A DNA stretch of 64,000 nt from an uncultured Azospirillum sp. (GTDB lineage: Bacteria; Pseudomonadota; Alphaproteobacteria; Rickettsiales; UBA3002), in contig CAZGXX010000001.1 in the NCBI GenBank assembly GCA_964530085.1, positions 239,704-303,703 on the forward strand, read 5' to 3'. The notes beneath the pieces are model-generated. The model had not been told where the DNA came from and did not search any database. It saw nothing but the letters and a program-made list of their open reading frames with translations. Shown piece by piece: positions 39,409 through 48,385 of this stretch. The translations under genes were made by a program, and so were the position numbers. Each line of letters starts with the position of its first letter. Within the stretch, counting starts at the first letter, position 1.

Positions 39409-40703
39409 TAATGGTGCTCACCTTCGGATTTTTTGGCTTCTTTTTTCTCGCCGCCGCCATGTCCGCCACCATGGCCACCGGATTCTTCGGCAGCGGGCAG
39501 CGGCGGTGCTTCTTTCGGCAGCCATTGCGCGCTTAGGGGCGCGAGCACAGCAGGTTCCGCCAGCGGATGCTCCGCAAGCCAGCGTTGCAGCAGCAACAGG
39601 CTTTGTGGCCGGGCACTGGTGACAACCACCATGCTCTCTTTGGTTTTGAGGTCCACCGCAAGCTTGCTGAGGGCGGTTTCCATCGCTGCAGGGTCGAATT
39701 CGTTATCGAGCACGAGATCGGCGCGGCGCATAAAGGCGGTTTGTTTTTTCTCCGCCGCGCGCTGCTCCGGCGCCGCTGTCGGGTTGGCGGCGAGGAGATA
39801 AAGCCCACGCGTTTCGATTTCATGTGTGAGCTGCAAATACGGCTCCGTCTTCGTGCTCAGCATTTCGCTGATGGGCAGCAGCATGCCCGCACTGCCAATC
39901 GTGTTGGCCATCACCACGCGCAGGCGGCGCATCAGCTCGTCTTTAGGCAAGGTGGCTACGAGGCCGAGCGGGCCCGGATCGTCCTGCGGATAGCGCGTGC
40001 TCATCGCTGGCAACATGCCCCATGCCTCGTAACCCGCATGGCGCAGTGTGGCGATGCGCCCCGCCGCGTCTTCCGTATAGGGCGAGAAGGCGATGGTGAT
40101 ATTTTTCGGAAGCGACATCATCAGCGGTAGGGATTGGGCGCTGATGCCTGCATCCAGAATGACGATGGACAGTAGATGTTGATCTGGCGTGCGCGTGAAG
40201 CGGCGTGCATAGAGCGTACCCGCGCCGGTTTTTTCGGCTGTACGTTTGGGCAGTGCCACGCCCTCGATCGTTTCGGTGATTTCAGGTGCAGGGGCAGGAA
40301 CCAGGCTATCCGCCGCGCGGGCTCCGGAATCAGGCAGTTTTGCGGTCAGCGGTTCGGTGCGTAATTCGGGTAGGCCTTCGGGCAGCGCTTCGCCTTGTGA
40401 TGGGGGCTCTGCCTGTTGTGCCGCATCTGTGGGCGTTGCAGGCTTCTCCTCCGGCTGGGCAACGTCGAATTTTTCTTCCGCTGGCTTGGTGCTAGCACCG
40501 CTGCCGGTGAGTGAGACTGTACCGGTTTTGGGGTCGATCACTGCGCGTTGGCCATGCGTATTTGCCCGTAGTGCTTCTGCCGTGCCGCCACCAAAAAAAC
40601 CAATAGTGCTGGCGGTAAAGCCGACGAAAAGGATGGCCGAGAGCGTGCCCCACAGCACTAATCCGTTATTGATCGGTAGGCTTGGAAGTGCGGTGCGCGC
40701 CAT
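39408..40703 (-). CDS. Divergent polysaccharide deacetylase (YibQ) family protein with Pro/Ala-rich N-region and His/Gly-rich tail
   Basis: YibQ-like core LSIVILDAGIS ... ITIAFSPY ... GYEAWGMLPA. Start at ATG 40703. Single TM anchor. Confidence 0.75.
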   Translation of the reverse strand: MARTALPSLPINNGLVLWGTLSAILFVGFTASTIGFFGGGTAEALRANTHGQRAVIDPKTGTVSLTGSGASTKPAEEKFDVAQPEEKPATPTDAAQQAEPPSQGEALPEGLPELRTEPLTAKLPDSGARAADSLVPAPAPEITETIEGVALPKRTAEKTGAGTLYARRFTRTPDQHLLSIVILDAGISAQSLPLMMSLPKNITIAFSPYTEDAAGRIATLRHAGYEAWGMLPAMSTRYPQDDPGPLGLVATLPKDELMRRLRVVMANTIGSAGMLLPISEMLSTKTEPYLQLTHEIETRGLYLLAANPTAAPEQRAAEKKQTAFMRRADLVLDNEFDPAAMETALSKLAVDLKTKESMVVVTSARPQSLLLLQRWLAEHPLAEPAVLAPLSAQWLPKEAPPLPAAEESGGHGGGHGGGEKKEAKKSEGEHH

Positions 40704-40710
40704 GCGGGCC

Positions 40711-42186
40711 TCATTTTTTCTCAGGCGTTTTTTTGACAGTAGGGACAATGGCAACGCTTGGCGCTGGCGCGGCGGCAGGTGCAGCAGCATCCGCCCCCTG
40801 TGCGCCCTGATAGATCGACAGCGCGCGGATGAGGTCGAGCGCGCGGCTCAACTGATAGTCATCCTTCGTTTCGTCTTTCTTCGCGTCGTCCTTAACGTCT
40901 TTGTCCTTGCTGTCTTTGGTGTCCTTATCTTTGTCGCGGCTGAAGAAGCTCTTCTTCTCGTCTTTCTTCTCATCTTTCGTTGCGGCATCCGCGTCCTCGC
41001 CCTGATCGTTGGTCAGATGGCCGTTGAGCGATGCTTCCGAGAAGTTGATGTTGCTCTTCACGGTTTCGAGTTTGCCTTGTTCGACCGCAATATCCGGCAC
41101 GATGCCTTTGGCCTGGATCGACACGCCCGACGGGGTATAGTAGCGCGCGGTGGTGAGGCGGATGGCGCCATGCCCCTCGATCGGGATCACGGTTTGCACC
41201 GAGCCTTTACCGAAGGATTTGATGCCGAGAATGACGGCGCGTTTATGGTCTTTCAGCGCACCCGCCACAATTTCGGACGCCGAGGCTGAGCCTTCGTTGA
41301 TGAGCACCACCATTGGCAGGCCGTCGGCAATATCACCCGGAGTGGCGTTATAGCGGCGGGATTCCTCCGGCTTACGGGCGCGGGTGGAGACAATTTCCCC
41401 GTGGTCGAGGAAGGCGTCCGACACTGCGATGGCCTGGTCGAGCAAGCCGCCGGGGTTGTTACGCAGATCGAGCACCACGCCCTTCAGCTTCGTGCCGATG
41501 TTTTTCTTTTCTTTCTCGAACGCGGCTTTCATGCCGTCTGCCGTCGCTTCCGAGAAGGAAGTGATGCGCACATAGGCCACATCGTTTTCCGAGCGGCTGC
41601 GGATGGATTGGATTTTAATGAGGTCGCGCTTCAGGGTGAACGGCAGCGGTGCCTTCTGGCCTTCGCGCACCACCATCAGCTTCACGTTGGTGCCGATCGG
41701 CCCGCGCATTTTATCGACCGCATCGGAAAGGGTGAGGCCCATGACGGCGGTGCCATCAATCTCTGCGATTAAATCACCGGGCTTGATGCCGGCTTTGGCT
41801 GCGGGCGTGTCATCGATCGGTGAGACGACTTTGACCAGGCCGTTTTCCATCGTCACCTCGATGCCGAGGCCGCCGAATTCGCCCTTGGTTTGCACGCGCA
41901 TGTCTGCAAAGCTTTTTTCGTTCATGTAGTTGCTGTGCGGGTCGAGCGAGGTGAGCATGCCGTTCAGCGCCGATTCGATGAGCTTGTCGTCCGTCGTCGG
42001 CTCGACATAATCGGTGCGCACGCGGTCGAACACTTCGCCAAACAGGTTGAGCAGCTCGTATGTCGAGGCATCGCCCGATTTATCGGCCGCTTTTTCGGCA
42101 GGCTTCGCTGCGAATGCCGCGCTGCTGCTGAGCACAAGGCAGGTGAGCATGGTGAAGGAAACGAGCTGGCGGGAAATGCGGCGCAT
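40711..42186 (-). CDS. ctpA: Carboxy-terminal processing protease (S41) CtpA
   Basis: PDZ segment (GIKPGDLIAEIDG) and S41 core (VLINEGSASASEI, KSFGKGSVQ). Lys/Asp-rich C-terminal extension. Confidence 0.9.
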   Translation of the reverse strand: MRRISRQLVSFTMLTCLVLSSSAAFAAKPAEKAADKSGDASTYELLNLFGEVFDRVRTDYVEPTTDDKLIESALNGMLTSLDPHSNYMNEKSFADMRVQTKGEFGGLGIEVTMENGLVKVVSPIDDTPAAKAGIKPGDLIAEIDGTAVMGLTLSDAVDKMRGPIGTNVKLMVVREGQKAPLPFTLKRDLIKIQSIRSRSENDVAYVRITSFSEATADGMKAAFEKEKKNIGTKLKGVVLDLRNNPGGLLDQAIAVSDAFLDHGEIVSTRARKPEESRRYNATPGDIADGLPMVVLINEGSASASEIVAGALKDHKRAVILGIKSFGKGSVQTVIPIEGHGAIRLTTARYYTPSGVSIQAKGIVPDIAVEQGKLETVKSNINFSEASLNGHLTNDQGEDADAATKDEKKDEKKSFFSRDKDKDTKDSKDKDVKDDAKKDETKDDYQLSRALDLIRALSIYQGAQGADAAAPAAAPAPSVAIVPTVKKTPEKK

Positions 42187-42213
42187 GGAATGTCCTGACG
42201 AGAGAAGGGATTG

Positions 42214-43365
42214 TTAGTGGGCGAGCTTAGCGAACCAATCGCCCGGGTCAATAGGCTTGGCGTCGGAATCGCGTAGTTCGACGTAGATTTCGGGCGTGGT
42301 GCCGGTGGCGGTCAACGCCACGGGTTCGCCGCGGATGACCGTCTGGTTGAGATGTGCGTTGATTTTGCCTAGCCCAGCCACCAGCGAGATATAGCCGTTG
42401 CTGTGCTTGATGAGCAGCATGTTGCCATAATCGCGGAAGGGGCCGGTGAAGACGACCTCACCGTCATATGGTGCGACGACGGTGGCGCCAGAACGGGCGC
42501 GGATGACGGTGCCGCGATAGGTTTCGTTGGCCGATTTTTTCTCGCCGTAGCGATGCACCACGTCGCCTGAAACGGGTGGGCGCAGGGTGCCTTTGGCGCT
42601 ATCGAAGCGTTTGGTGGATTTGCTTTTCGCCGGCTGCTTCGCACGCGCTTCCTCGGCCTTTTCCTCGACATCCAGTTTTTTGAGCAGCGTTTGCAGCGAT
42701 TCGGATTCCTTCGAGAGCTTGGCGATTTTTGCCTCGGCCTCCTTGCGGTCGGCGGCGATGGAGGCTTGCAGTTTCTCGCGCTCGGCCAGTGCTTTGTCGA
42801 GCTTCGCCTGCTCGGCATTCAGCGCGGCGGTTTCAACCGCGGTGCGGGCGCGCTTCTCCTTCGCATCGGATTTGAGCTCCTTGAGCGCGATGAGATCTCG
42901 GCGCAAGGCCTTCGCTTTTTCGGCGACGGCTTTGTTTGTTTCCTCAAGCACGCTTCCGGTGCGCAGCAGTTGATGCACGTCCTCTGGCTGTGCGAACACG
43001 GTCGTCATCGGCAGATTGCGCAGGCGCAGCAGGGTGGCGACCGTGGCGGCATATTCGGCTTTGCGTGCCTCGAACTCGCGCCCCTTCGCGGAAAGTTTTC
43101 CGCTCGCGGTGGCGAGTGCGTTTTCCTCGTTGCTGACGCGGCGCTCGCTCACCTGCAGGCGCTCGGCGATCTCGGCAGAGCGGGTTTGAAGCCGCGCGAG
43201 TTCAGCCTCGACCTCGGCCTGGCGTTTGGCGAGTGCGGCTTGTTCGTCCTTCGTTTTCGATAGAGTGGCGAGGGTTTCGTTCAACTTTTTTTGTTGCGCG
43301 GCATCCGGTGCGGCATGCGCGCTGGTGGCAAGAAGCAGGAGGGGGATGAGCAGCGCTTTCCGCAT
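42214..43365 (-). CDS. Murein hydrolase activator EnvC-like, coiled-coil + M23 peptidase domain
   Basis: Signal peptide MRKALLIPLLLLATSAHA, long coiled coil, C-terminal LytM/M23 fold (GEVVFTGPFRDYGNMLLIKHSNGYISL). Start at ATG 43365, overlapping the gpmI stop. Confidence 0.8.
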   Translation of the reverse strand: MRKALLIPLLLLATSAHAAPDAAQQKKLNETLATLSKTKDEQAALAKRQAEVEAELARLQTRSAEIAERLQVSERRVSNEENALATASGKLSAKGREFEARKAEYAATVATLLRLRNLPMTTVFAQPEDVHQLLRTGSVLEETNKAVAEKAKALRRDLIALKELKSDAKEKRARTAVETAALNAEQAKLDKALAEREKLQASIAADRKEAEAKIAKLSKESESLQTLLKKLDVEEKAEEARAKQPAKSKSTKRFDSAKGTLRPPVSGDVVHRYGEKKSANETYRGTVIRARSGATVVAPYDGEVVFTGPFRDYGNMLLIKHSNGYISLVAGLGKINAHLNQTVIRGEPVALTATGTTPEIYVELRDSDAKPIDPGDWFAKLAH

Positions 43366-44891
43366 CACGCCTTCCCTGCTAGCAGGTTGCGCCCGGTCAT
43401 GGCGGCGGGCGTGGGGATGTGCATCAGCGCGCAGAGTGTTGGTGCGATATCGGCGAGGATGCCGCGCCCAAGGTCGCGCGGCGCATGCGCCAGCGCCTCG
43501 CTGACAATGAGGCACGGTACGGGGTTGAGTGTATGCGCGGTGTGCGGTTGGTTCTCGTCGGCATCATGCAGGCATTCGGCGTTGCCATGGTCGGCGGTGA
43601 TGAGCAACGTGCCGCCCACTGCGTGGGTGGCTTCATGAATTCTGCCGAGGCAGATATCCACCGCCTCCACCGCTTTGATGGCGGCGGCGAGGTCGCCCGA
43701 ATGGCCGACCATGTCCGTATTCGCGAAGTTGACGACGATGAAATCATACGCGCGCGTGGTGATGACTTCGACGAGTTTATCGGTCACTTCGAACGCCGAC
43801 ATCTCGGGCTGAAGGTCGTAGGTCGCGACCTTGGGCGAGGGGACGAGGATGCGCGATTCACCCGCGAATGGCTCCTCGCGCCCACCGTTGAAGAAGAAGG
43901 TGACATGCGCATATTTCTCTGTCTCCGCGATGCGCAGTTGCGTGCGCCCGGCGGCGGCGACCACTTCGCCGAGTGAATCGCGGATTTCCTGTGGTGGGAA
44001 AAGTGCGGGGATGATTGGGTTGAGTGCTTCGCTATATTCCACCATGCCGAGCGTGGCGGCGAACCGCACGGCGTGTGGGCGCGGGAATTTGTCGAAGGTG
44101 GAGTCGAGCAACGCATGCAGTAATTGCCGTGCGCGGTCGGCACGAAAATTGGCCATCAGTACGCCATCGCCGTCCTTCATGCCGTCGTAATGGCCGATGA
44201 CGGTGGGGAGGATAAACTCGTCGGTTTTATCGGCGTCGTAAGAAAGCGCAACGGCGGCCTCTGCGCTTGGTGCTTTGTTGCCGTGCGCGCTGACCAGTGC
44301 AGCATAAGCGAGTGCCACACGTTCCCAGCGATTATCGCGATCCATGGCGTAATAGCGGCCGCTGACGGTGGCGAAGGCCACGTTTTTGTGCAGCGATTGC
44401 TGCAGCACCCGCAAAAATTGCTGCGCGGATTTTGGTGCCACATCGCGTCCATCCGTGAAGGCATGGATGGCGACGGGAACGCCCGCATCCGCCACGATAT
44501 TGGCGAGTGCGGCGATATGCGCGAGGTGCGAATGCACGCCGCCATCGCTCAGCAAGCCCATCAGGTGACAGGTGCCACCACTCGTTTTCAACGAGTTGAT
44601 AAAGTTTTTTAGTGCAGGATTTTGTGCGAGCGAACCATCCGCAATCGCGGCGTCAATACGCGGCAGATCCTGCATCACCACACGCCCGGCGCCAATATTC
44701 ATATGGCCGACTTCGGAATTGCCCATCTGCCCCGACGGCAGGCCGACATGGGCTTCCGATGCATCGAGCAGCGCGCAGGGGTAGCTCGCGCGCATCGCGT
44801 CCCAGTGCGGTGTATGCGCCTGCGCGATGGCATTATGCTCGCGGGCGTCGCTTTCGCCCCAGCCGTCGAGAATGCAAAGAAGTGTGGTCAT
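43365..44891 (-). CDS. gpmI: 2,3-bisphosphoglycerate-independent phosphoglycerate mutase
   Basis: ILDGWG, GNSEVGHMNIGAGR and ADHGNAE motifs. Confidence 0.95.
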   Translation of the reverse strand: MTTLLCILDGWGESDAREHNAIAQAHTPHWDAMRASYPCALLDASEAHVGLPSGQMGNSEVGHMNIGAGRVVMQDLPRIDAAIADGSLAQNPALKNFINSLKTSGGTCHLMGLLSDGGVHSHLAHIAALANIVADAGVPVAIHAFTDGRDVAPKSAQQFLRVLQQSLHKNVAFATVSGRYYAMDRDNRWERVALAYAALVSAHGNKAPSAEAAVALSYDADKTDEFILPTVIGHYDGMKDGDGVLMANFRADRARQLLHALLDSTFDKFPRPHAVRFAATLGMVEYSEALNPIIPALFPPQEIRDSLGEVVAAAGRTQLRIAETEKYAHVTFFFNGGREEPFAGESRILVPSPKVATYDLQPEMSAFEVTDKLVEVITTRAYDFIVVNFANTDMVGHSGDLAAAIKAVEAVDICLGRIHEATHAVGGTLLITADHGNAECLHDADENQPHTAHTLNPVPCLIVSEALAHAPRDLGRGILADIAPTLCALMHIPTPAAMTGRNLLAGKA

Positions 44892-44896
44892 GTTTA

Positions 44897-44924
44897 GTGA
44901 GTGGTGAGTGGTGAGTGGTGAGTG
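44897..44924 (-). repeat. Heptanucleotide tandem array (GTGAGTG)x4
   Basis: Perfect 4 x 7 nt. Starts 5 nt upstream of the gpmI ATG (44891). Confidence 0.9.
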
Positions 44925-44943
44925 CAGGATTAGCAGGCTCTTT

Positions 44944-44978
44944 CACAACTCACAACTCGCGACTCATTACTCACAGCA
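44944..44978 (+). repeat. Heptanucleotide array of opposite polarity: CACAACT CACAACT CGCGACT CATTACT CACAGCA
   Basis: Lies 19 nt from the (GTGAGTG)4 array and is partially complementary to it. Just downstream of the rlmH stop. Confidence 0.7.
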
Positions 44979-44980
44979 CC

Positions 44981-45445
44981 TTAATGCCCCAGATGATAGG
45001 GGTGGCCGATGGTGATGGTGTAGGCGCGGTAGAGCTGCTCGGCTAGCATGGCGCGCAGAAGCTGATGCGGCCATGTGGCGGCACCGAACGCTATCGTGGC
45101 ATGCGCCGATTTGAGCAGTTCTGGCGCCAACCCGTCTTGCCCGCCAATCGCAAATACGAGTTGCTTGATCGCATTTTTTTGTGCGTCTTGAATCAATGCA
45201 GCGAATTGTGGGCTGGTGAGATTTTTCCCTGTTGAATCCATGGCAATCAAACGCGTGCCGGGGGTGAGGAGCTTTTGGAAGGACACGGCCTCCCGCGCGC
45301 GGCGGGCATCCGCAGAGAGATTCTCCGGCGCGTCGGGGATTTCTTTGACCACGATATCCCAGCGCGTTTGCTTGAGGTAATGGGCGACGAGCTCGGCTTC
45401 GGCCTTGCGCTTGGCTTTGCCGACCGCGGCGAGGATGAGTTGCAT
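44981..45445 (-). CDS. rlmH: 23S rRNA (pseudouridine1915-N3)-methyltransferase
   Basis: SPOUT fold. The C-terminal pattern LSL..MT.PHQL.R..L.EQ.YRA....G.PYH is recognisable (TIAFGAATWPHQLLRAMLAEQLYRAYTITIGHPYH). Confidence 0.9.
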   Translation of the reverse strand: MQLILAAVGKAKRKAEAELVAHYLKQTRWDIVVKEIPDAPENLSADARRAREAVSFQKLLTPGTRLIAMDSTGKNLTSPQFAALIQDAQKNAIKQLVFAIGGQDGLAPELLKSAHATIAFGAATWPHQLLRAMLAEQLYRAYTITIGHPYHLGH

Positions 45446-45961
45446 CTACCGCGTGGCGGGCGGGATCGCCCACATTTTCTCGATGTTGTAGAACTGGCGG
45501 ATTTCCGGGCGGAAGATGTGCACGACGATGTCGCCCGCATCGATCAGCACCCAGTCGCCGGTTTCTTTGCCTTCGATGGAGAGCGGCGGAATGCCTTGTT
45601 TTTTGAGCATGTCGCCGACATAATCCGCCAGCGCGACCACATGGCGCGGTGCGCGGCCACTGGCGACAATCATATAGTCCGCGAAGCTGCATTTATCGGC
45701 GAGGGCGAGGGTGATGATGTCTTCCGCCTTGTTGGTATCCAAGATGGTGGCGATTTGTTTGGCGAGGCCAGCGGAGCCGGTGAGTTTCTTCGGCGCAGCA
45801 GCAGGTTTCTTGGCGGGCGCCGCCTTTTTCGTTGCCGCGGGGGCCGCCTTTTTAGCGATCACGGCGGCGGCTTTTTTAGCAACGGGTTTCGGAGCCGGTT
45901 TGGCTTTGGCTTTTACGGCGGGCTTGGCCGCTTTCGCTGCGGGTTTTGCAGATGCTTTCAC
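45446..45961 (-). CDS. rsfS: Ribosomal silencing factor RsfS with Ala/Lys/Pro-rich N-terminal extension (start may be ATT at 46003)
   Basis: C-terminal iojap core (FADYMIVASGRAPRHVVALADYV ... WVLIDAGDIVVHIF ... RQFYNIEKMW). The listed GTG start has no SD; see findings. Confidence 0.85.
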   Translation of the reverse strand: MKASAKPAAKAAKPAVKAKAKPAPKPVAKKAAAVIAKKAAPAATKKAAPAKKPAAAPKKLTGSAGLAKQIATILDTNKAEDIITLALADKCSFADYMIVASGRAPRHVVALADYVGDMLKKQGIPPLSIEGKETGDWVLIDAGDIVVHIFRPEIRQFYNIEKMWAIPPATR

Positions 45962-46021
45962 AGCAGGTTTGGTAGATTTTTTAGCAGGCGTGCGCGGTGG
46001 AATGGCGGCTCTCCTTTAACG

Positions 46022-46660
46022 TTAACTTGGTGTAGTATGGCGCAAAAAGGCATTCTTTCCAAGCGTTTTTCGTAAATCCGTGGCGCTGGCCGGGTGGCGC
46101 GGAATGGCGAGGTACACCCAGGCGGGGGCAGGGGCATCGGCCAGTTGTGGCGCATCCGCCGCTGCGATGCGCGACGCCGCAAAACGCAGCGCAAAGCGGC
46201 CATGAAGCGCGCGCAGGGCAAAGGGCGCGCGGTCGAGAATCGCAATCGGCACCAGCGCCGCAACGCTGCGCCACGAGCGCCAGCGATGGAATCCTGCGAG
46301 GTTATCTGCCCCCATCAACCACACGAAGTGCGTGCGCGCATGGCGCGATTTTAGGAAGTGAATGGTATCAATCGTGTAGCGCAATCCGTGACGCTGTTCG
46401 AGGTCGAGCACACGAATGCGCGGGTGGTTGGCGACATGCTGCGCGTGGGCGAAACGGAGATCATAGTCGTTCAATTCATCCGCGCGCTTCAAGGGATTCT
46501 GCGGTGAGACCAGCCACCAGATTTCATCGAGCCCGAGCCGCTTCATCGCCTCAAGCGAGATGTGAAGATGCCCGGCATGGGCAGGGTTGAAGGAGCCACC
46601 GAGCAAGCCGACTTTTCGGTGAGTCGTGAGTGGTGAGTCGTGAGTGGTGGGGCTATGCAC
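46022..46660 (-). CDS. nadD: Nicotinate-nucleotide adenylyltransferase
   Basis: GLLGGSFNPAHAGH motif. The only plausible start is GTG 46660 (GGAG 6 nt upstream), which overlaps the proA 3' end by 8 nt. The listed 259-aa ORF start at 46801 is inside proA. Confidence 0.85.
   Translation of the reverse strand: MHSPTTHDSPLTTHRKVGLLGGSFNPAHAGHLHISLEAMKRLGLDEIWWLVSPQNPLKRADELNDYDLRFAHAQHVANHPRIRVLDLEQRHGLRYTIDTIHFLKSRHARTHFVWLMGADNLAGFHRWRSWRSVAALVPIAILDRAPFALRALHGRFALRFAASRIAAADAPQLADAPAPAWVYLAIPRHPASATDLRKTLGKNAFLRHTTPS
46619..46646 (-). repeat. Heptanucleotide tandem array (GTGAGTC GTGAGTG)x2
   Basis: Perfect 14-mer x2, followed by a partial GTGGGG. Lies between the nadD GTG start (46660) and the GGSFNP motif. 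Confidence 0.9.
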
Positions 46661-47915
46661 GCACCGCTCCGTTTTTTTGTGCGGTCGTGACGACGTATTT
46701 ATACGTCGTGAGTTCGTTGGCGGCGACGGGGCCGCGGGCGTGGAGGCGGCCGGTGGCGATGCCGATTTCGCCGCCGAAGCCGAACTCGCCGCCATCCGCA
46801 AACTGGGTGGAGGCGTTGACCATCACGATGGCGCTATCCACCTCGCGGCAAAATTGCTGCGCAGCATTTTCGTCGGTGGTGAGAATGGCATCCGTGTGGT
46901 GCGAGCCGTAGCGATTGATGTGCGCGATAGCCTCGTCGATTCCCGTCACCATTTTGGCGGAGAGGATGGGGGCGAGATATTCGGTCGACCAGTCGATTTC
47001 TGTTGCGGGGGTGATGCGTGGGTCGAGCGCAGCAATTTCCGCGTCGCCGCGAACTTCGCAGCCTGCATCGAGAAGGCTGGAGAGAAGATTTTTAATCACG
47101 CCTTGAGGCGCAGCCTCATCGAAGAGGAGGGATTCGGTAGCGCCGCAAATGCCGGTGCGGCGGAGTTTGGCGTTGGTGATGACGCGCAAGGCGGTGGCGG
47201 CGTCGGCGGCGTGGTGGAGGTAGGTGTGGCAGTTGCCGTCGAGATGCAGCAGGGTGGGCACGCGGGCTTCGCGCGCGACGCGTTCGGTGAGGGAGCGCCC
47301 ACCGCGCGGGATGATAACGTCGATGATGCCGCTCGCGGTGAGCATCCAGGCCACGGCGTCACGGTCGGTGGTTGGTACGAGCTGCGCGGCATCGGTGGGA
47401 ACGCCTGCACGCGCGAAGCCCGCATGGATGGCGGCGAGGATGGCGCGGCAGGAATGAAAACTCTCCGACCCGCCGCGCAGAATGACGGCGTTGCCCGCTT
47501 TGAAGGCGAGCGCCGTGGCATCCGCCGTGACGCCGGGGCGAGATTCATAGATCATGCCGATGACGCCGAGCGGCACGGAAATTTTTTGAAAATCGAGTCC
47601 GTTTTCAGCGTTGTGCCACGCGGCGAGTTCGCGCCCCAAAGGGTCAGGCAGTGTGGCAATTTTCTCCAGCCCCGCGGCCATAGATTCAATGCGCGTGGGG
47701 GTGAGCAGCAGGCGATCGCGTAGCGCTTCGGTGAGGGCATGCGCGGCATCCATATCGATTTTATTTGCGGCGAGGATGGAGTCTTCCTGCGCGCGGATTT
47801 CACGTGCCGCTTCCATCAGCGCGTGGTTTTTTTGCTCGGCGGAAAGTTGCGCGAGTGCGGCAGCGGCATTGCGCGCGGTGCGTCCGATTTCCGCCATCTG
47901 CGCAGAGAGGCTCAT
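46653..47915 (-). CDS. proA: Gamma-glutamyl phosphate reductase
   Basis: Aldehyde-dehydrogenase-type fold with the catalytic Cys region (TGICGATESLL). Confidence 0.95.
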   Translation of the reverse strand: MSLSAQMAEIGRTARNAAAALAQLSAEQKNHALMEAAREIRAQEDSILAANKIDMDAAHALTEALRDRLLLTPTRIESMAAGLEKIATLPDPLGRELAAWHNAENGLDFQKISVPLGVIGMIYESRPGVTADATALAFKAGNAVILRGGSESFHSCRAILAAIHAGFARAGVPTDAAQLVPTTDRDAVAWMLTASGIIDVIIPRGGRSLTERVAREARVPTLLHLDGNCHTYLHHAADAATALRVITNAKLRRTGICGATESLLFDEAAPQGVIKNLLSSLLDAGCEVRGDAEIAALDPRITPATEIDWSTEYLAPILSAKMVTGIDEAIAHINRYGSHHTDAILTTDENAAQQFCREVDSAIVMVNASTQFADGGEFGFGGEIGIATGRLHARGPVAANELTTYKYVVTTAQKNGAVRA

Positions 47916-48385
47916 ACTGCGATCCGCCCGTTGACGACGCGCATATTCGTCAGCCGGTCATGAAATCCGACGCGGGTGGTGAGCACCGGCATGAACCAGA
48001 TGATGTGCAAAAATACAAAGAGACTTTGGGCGAATTGTGTGGACAAGAAACTCGTTTGAAGGGCAAGCGAAGGAATGACGAGCGCGAGGAAACGCTCCAG
48101 CCCGTCGCGCTGAGTGAGGGCGCGTCCGTCGAGACGGATGAGGTGAATATTCATCGCGCGCATGTCGGGTGTGGCCTGCCAGCTCCCCGCATAGAACGAG
48201 AGGAAATAAGCGAGTTGCATGAGGAATGCGATAAGGGTGAACACCGGCGCCACTGAGGGTTTCCCTTCGGCATCCACGCTGCCGGTGAGGCCGATCAGAA
48301 TCATCGTTGGGATGAGCAGGATGAAGCTATCGATGAGATAGGCGATGAAGCGGTCATGCCAGATGGCGTAGGCGGATGCGTTCAT
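47912..48385 (-). CDS. RDD-family membrane protein
   Basis: RFIAYLIDSFILLIP N-terminal RDD-type pattern. 3-4 TM helices. Overlaps the neighbours by 4 nt on both sides. Confidence 0.7.
   Translation of the reverse strand: MNASAYAIWHDRFIAYLIDSFILLIPTMILIGLTGSVDAEGKPSVAPVFTLIAFLMQLAYFLSFYAGSWQATPDMRAMNIHLIRLDGRALTQRDGLERFLALVIPSLALQTSFLSTQFAQSLFVFLHIIWFMPVLTTRVGFHDRLTNMRVVNGRIAV

Noticed and set aside
44897-44978. Heptamer arrays as a possible CRISPR or minisatellite-encoded peptide
   Set aside because: The units are 7 nt with no spacers, and there are no cas genes. They are not CRISPR. I treat them as short tandem repeats.
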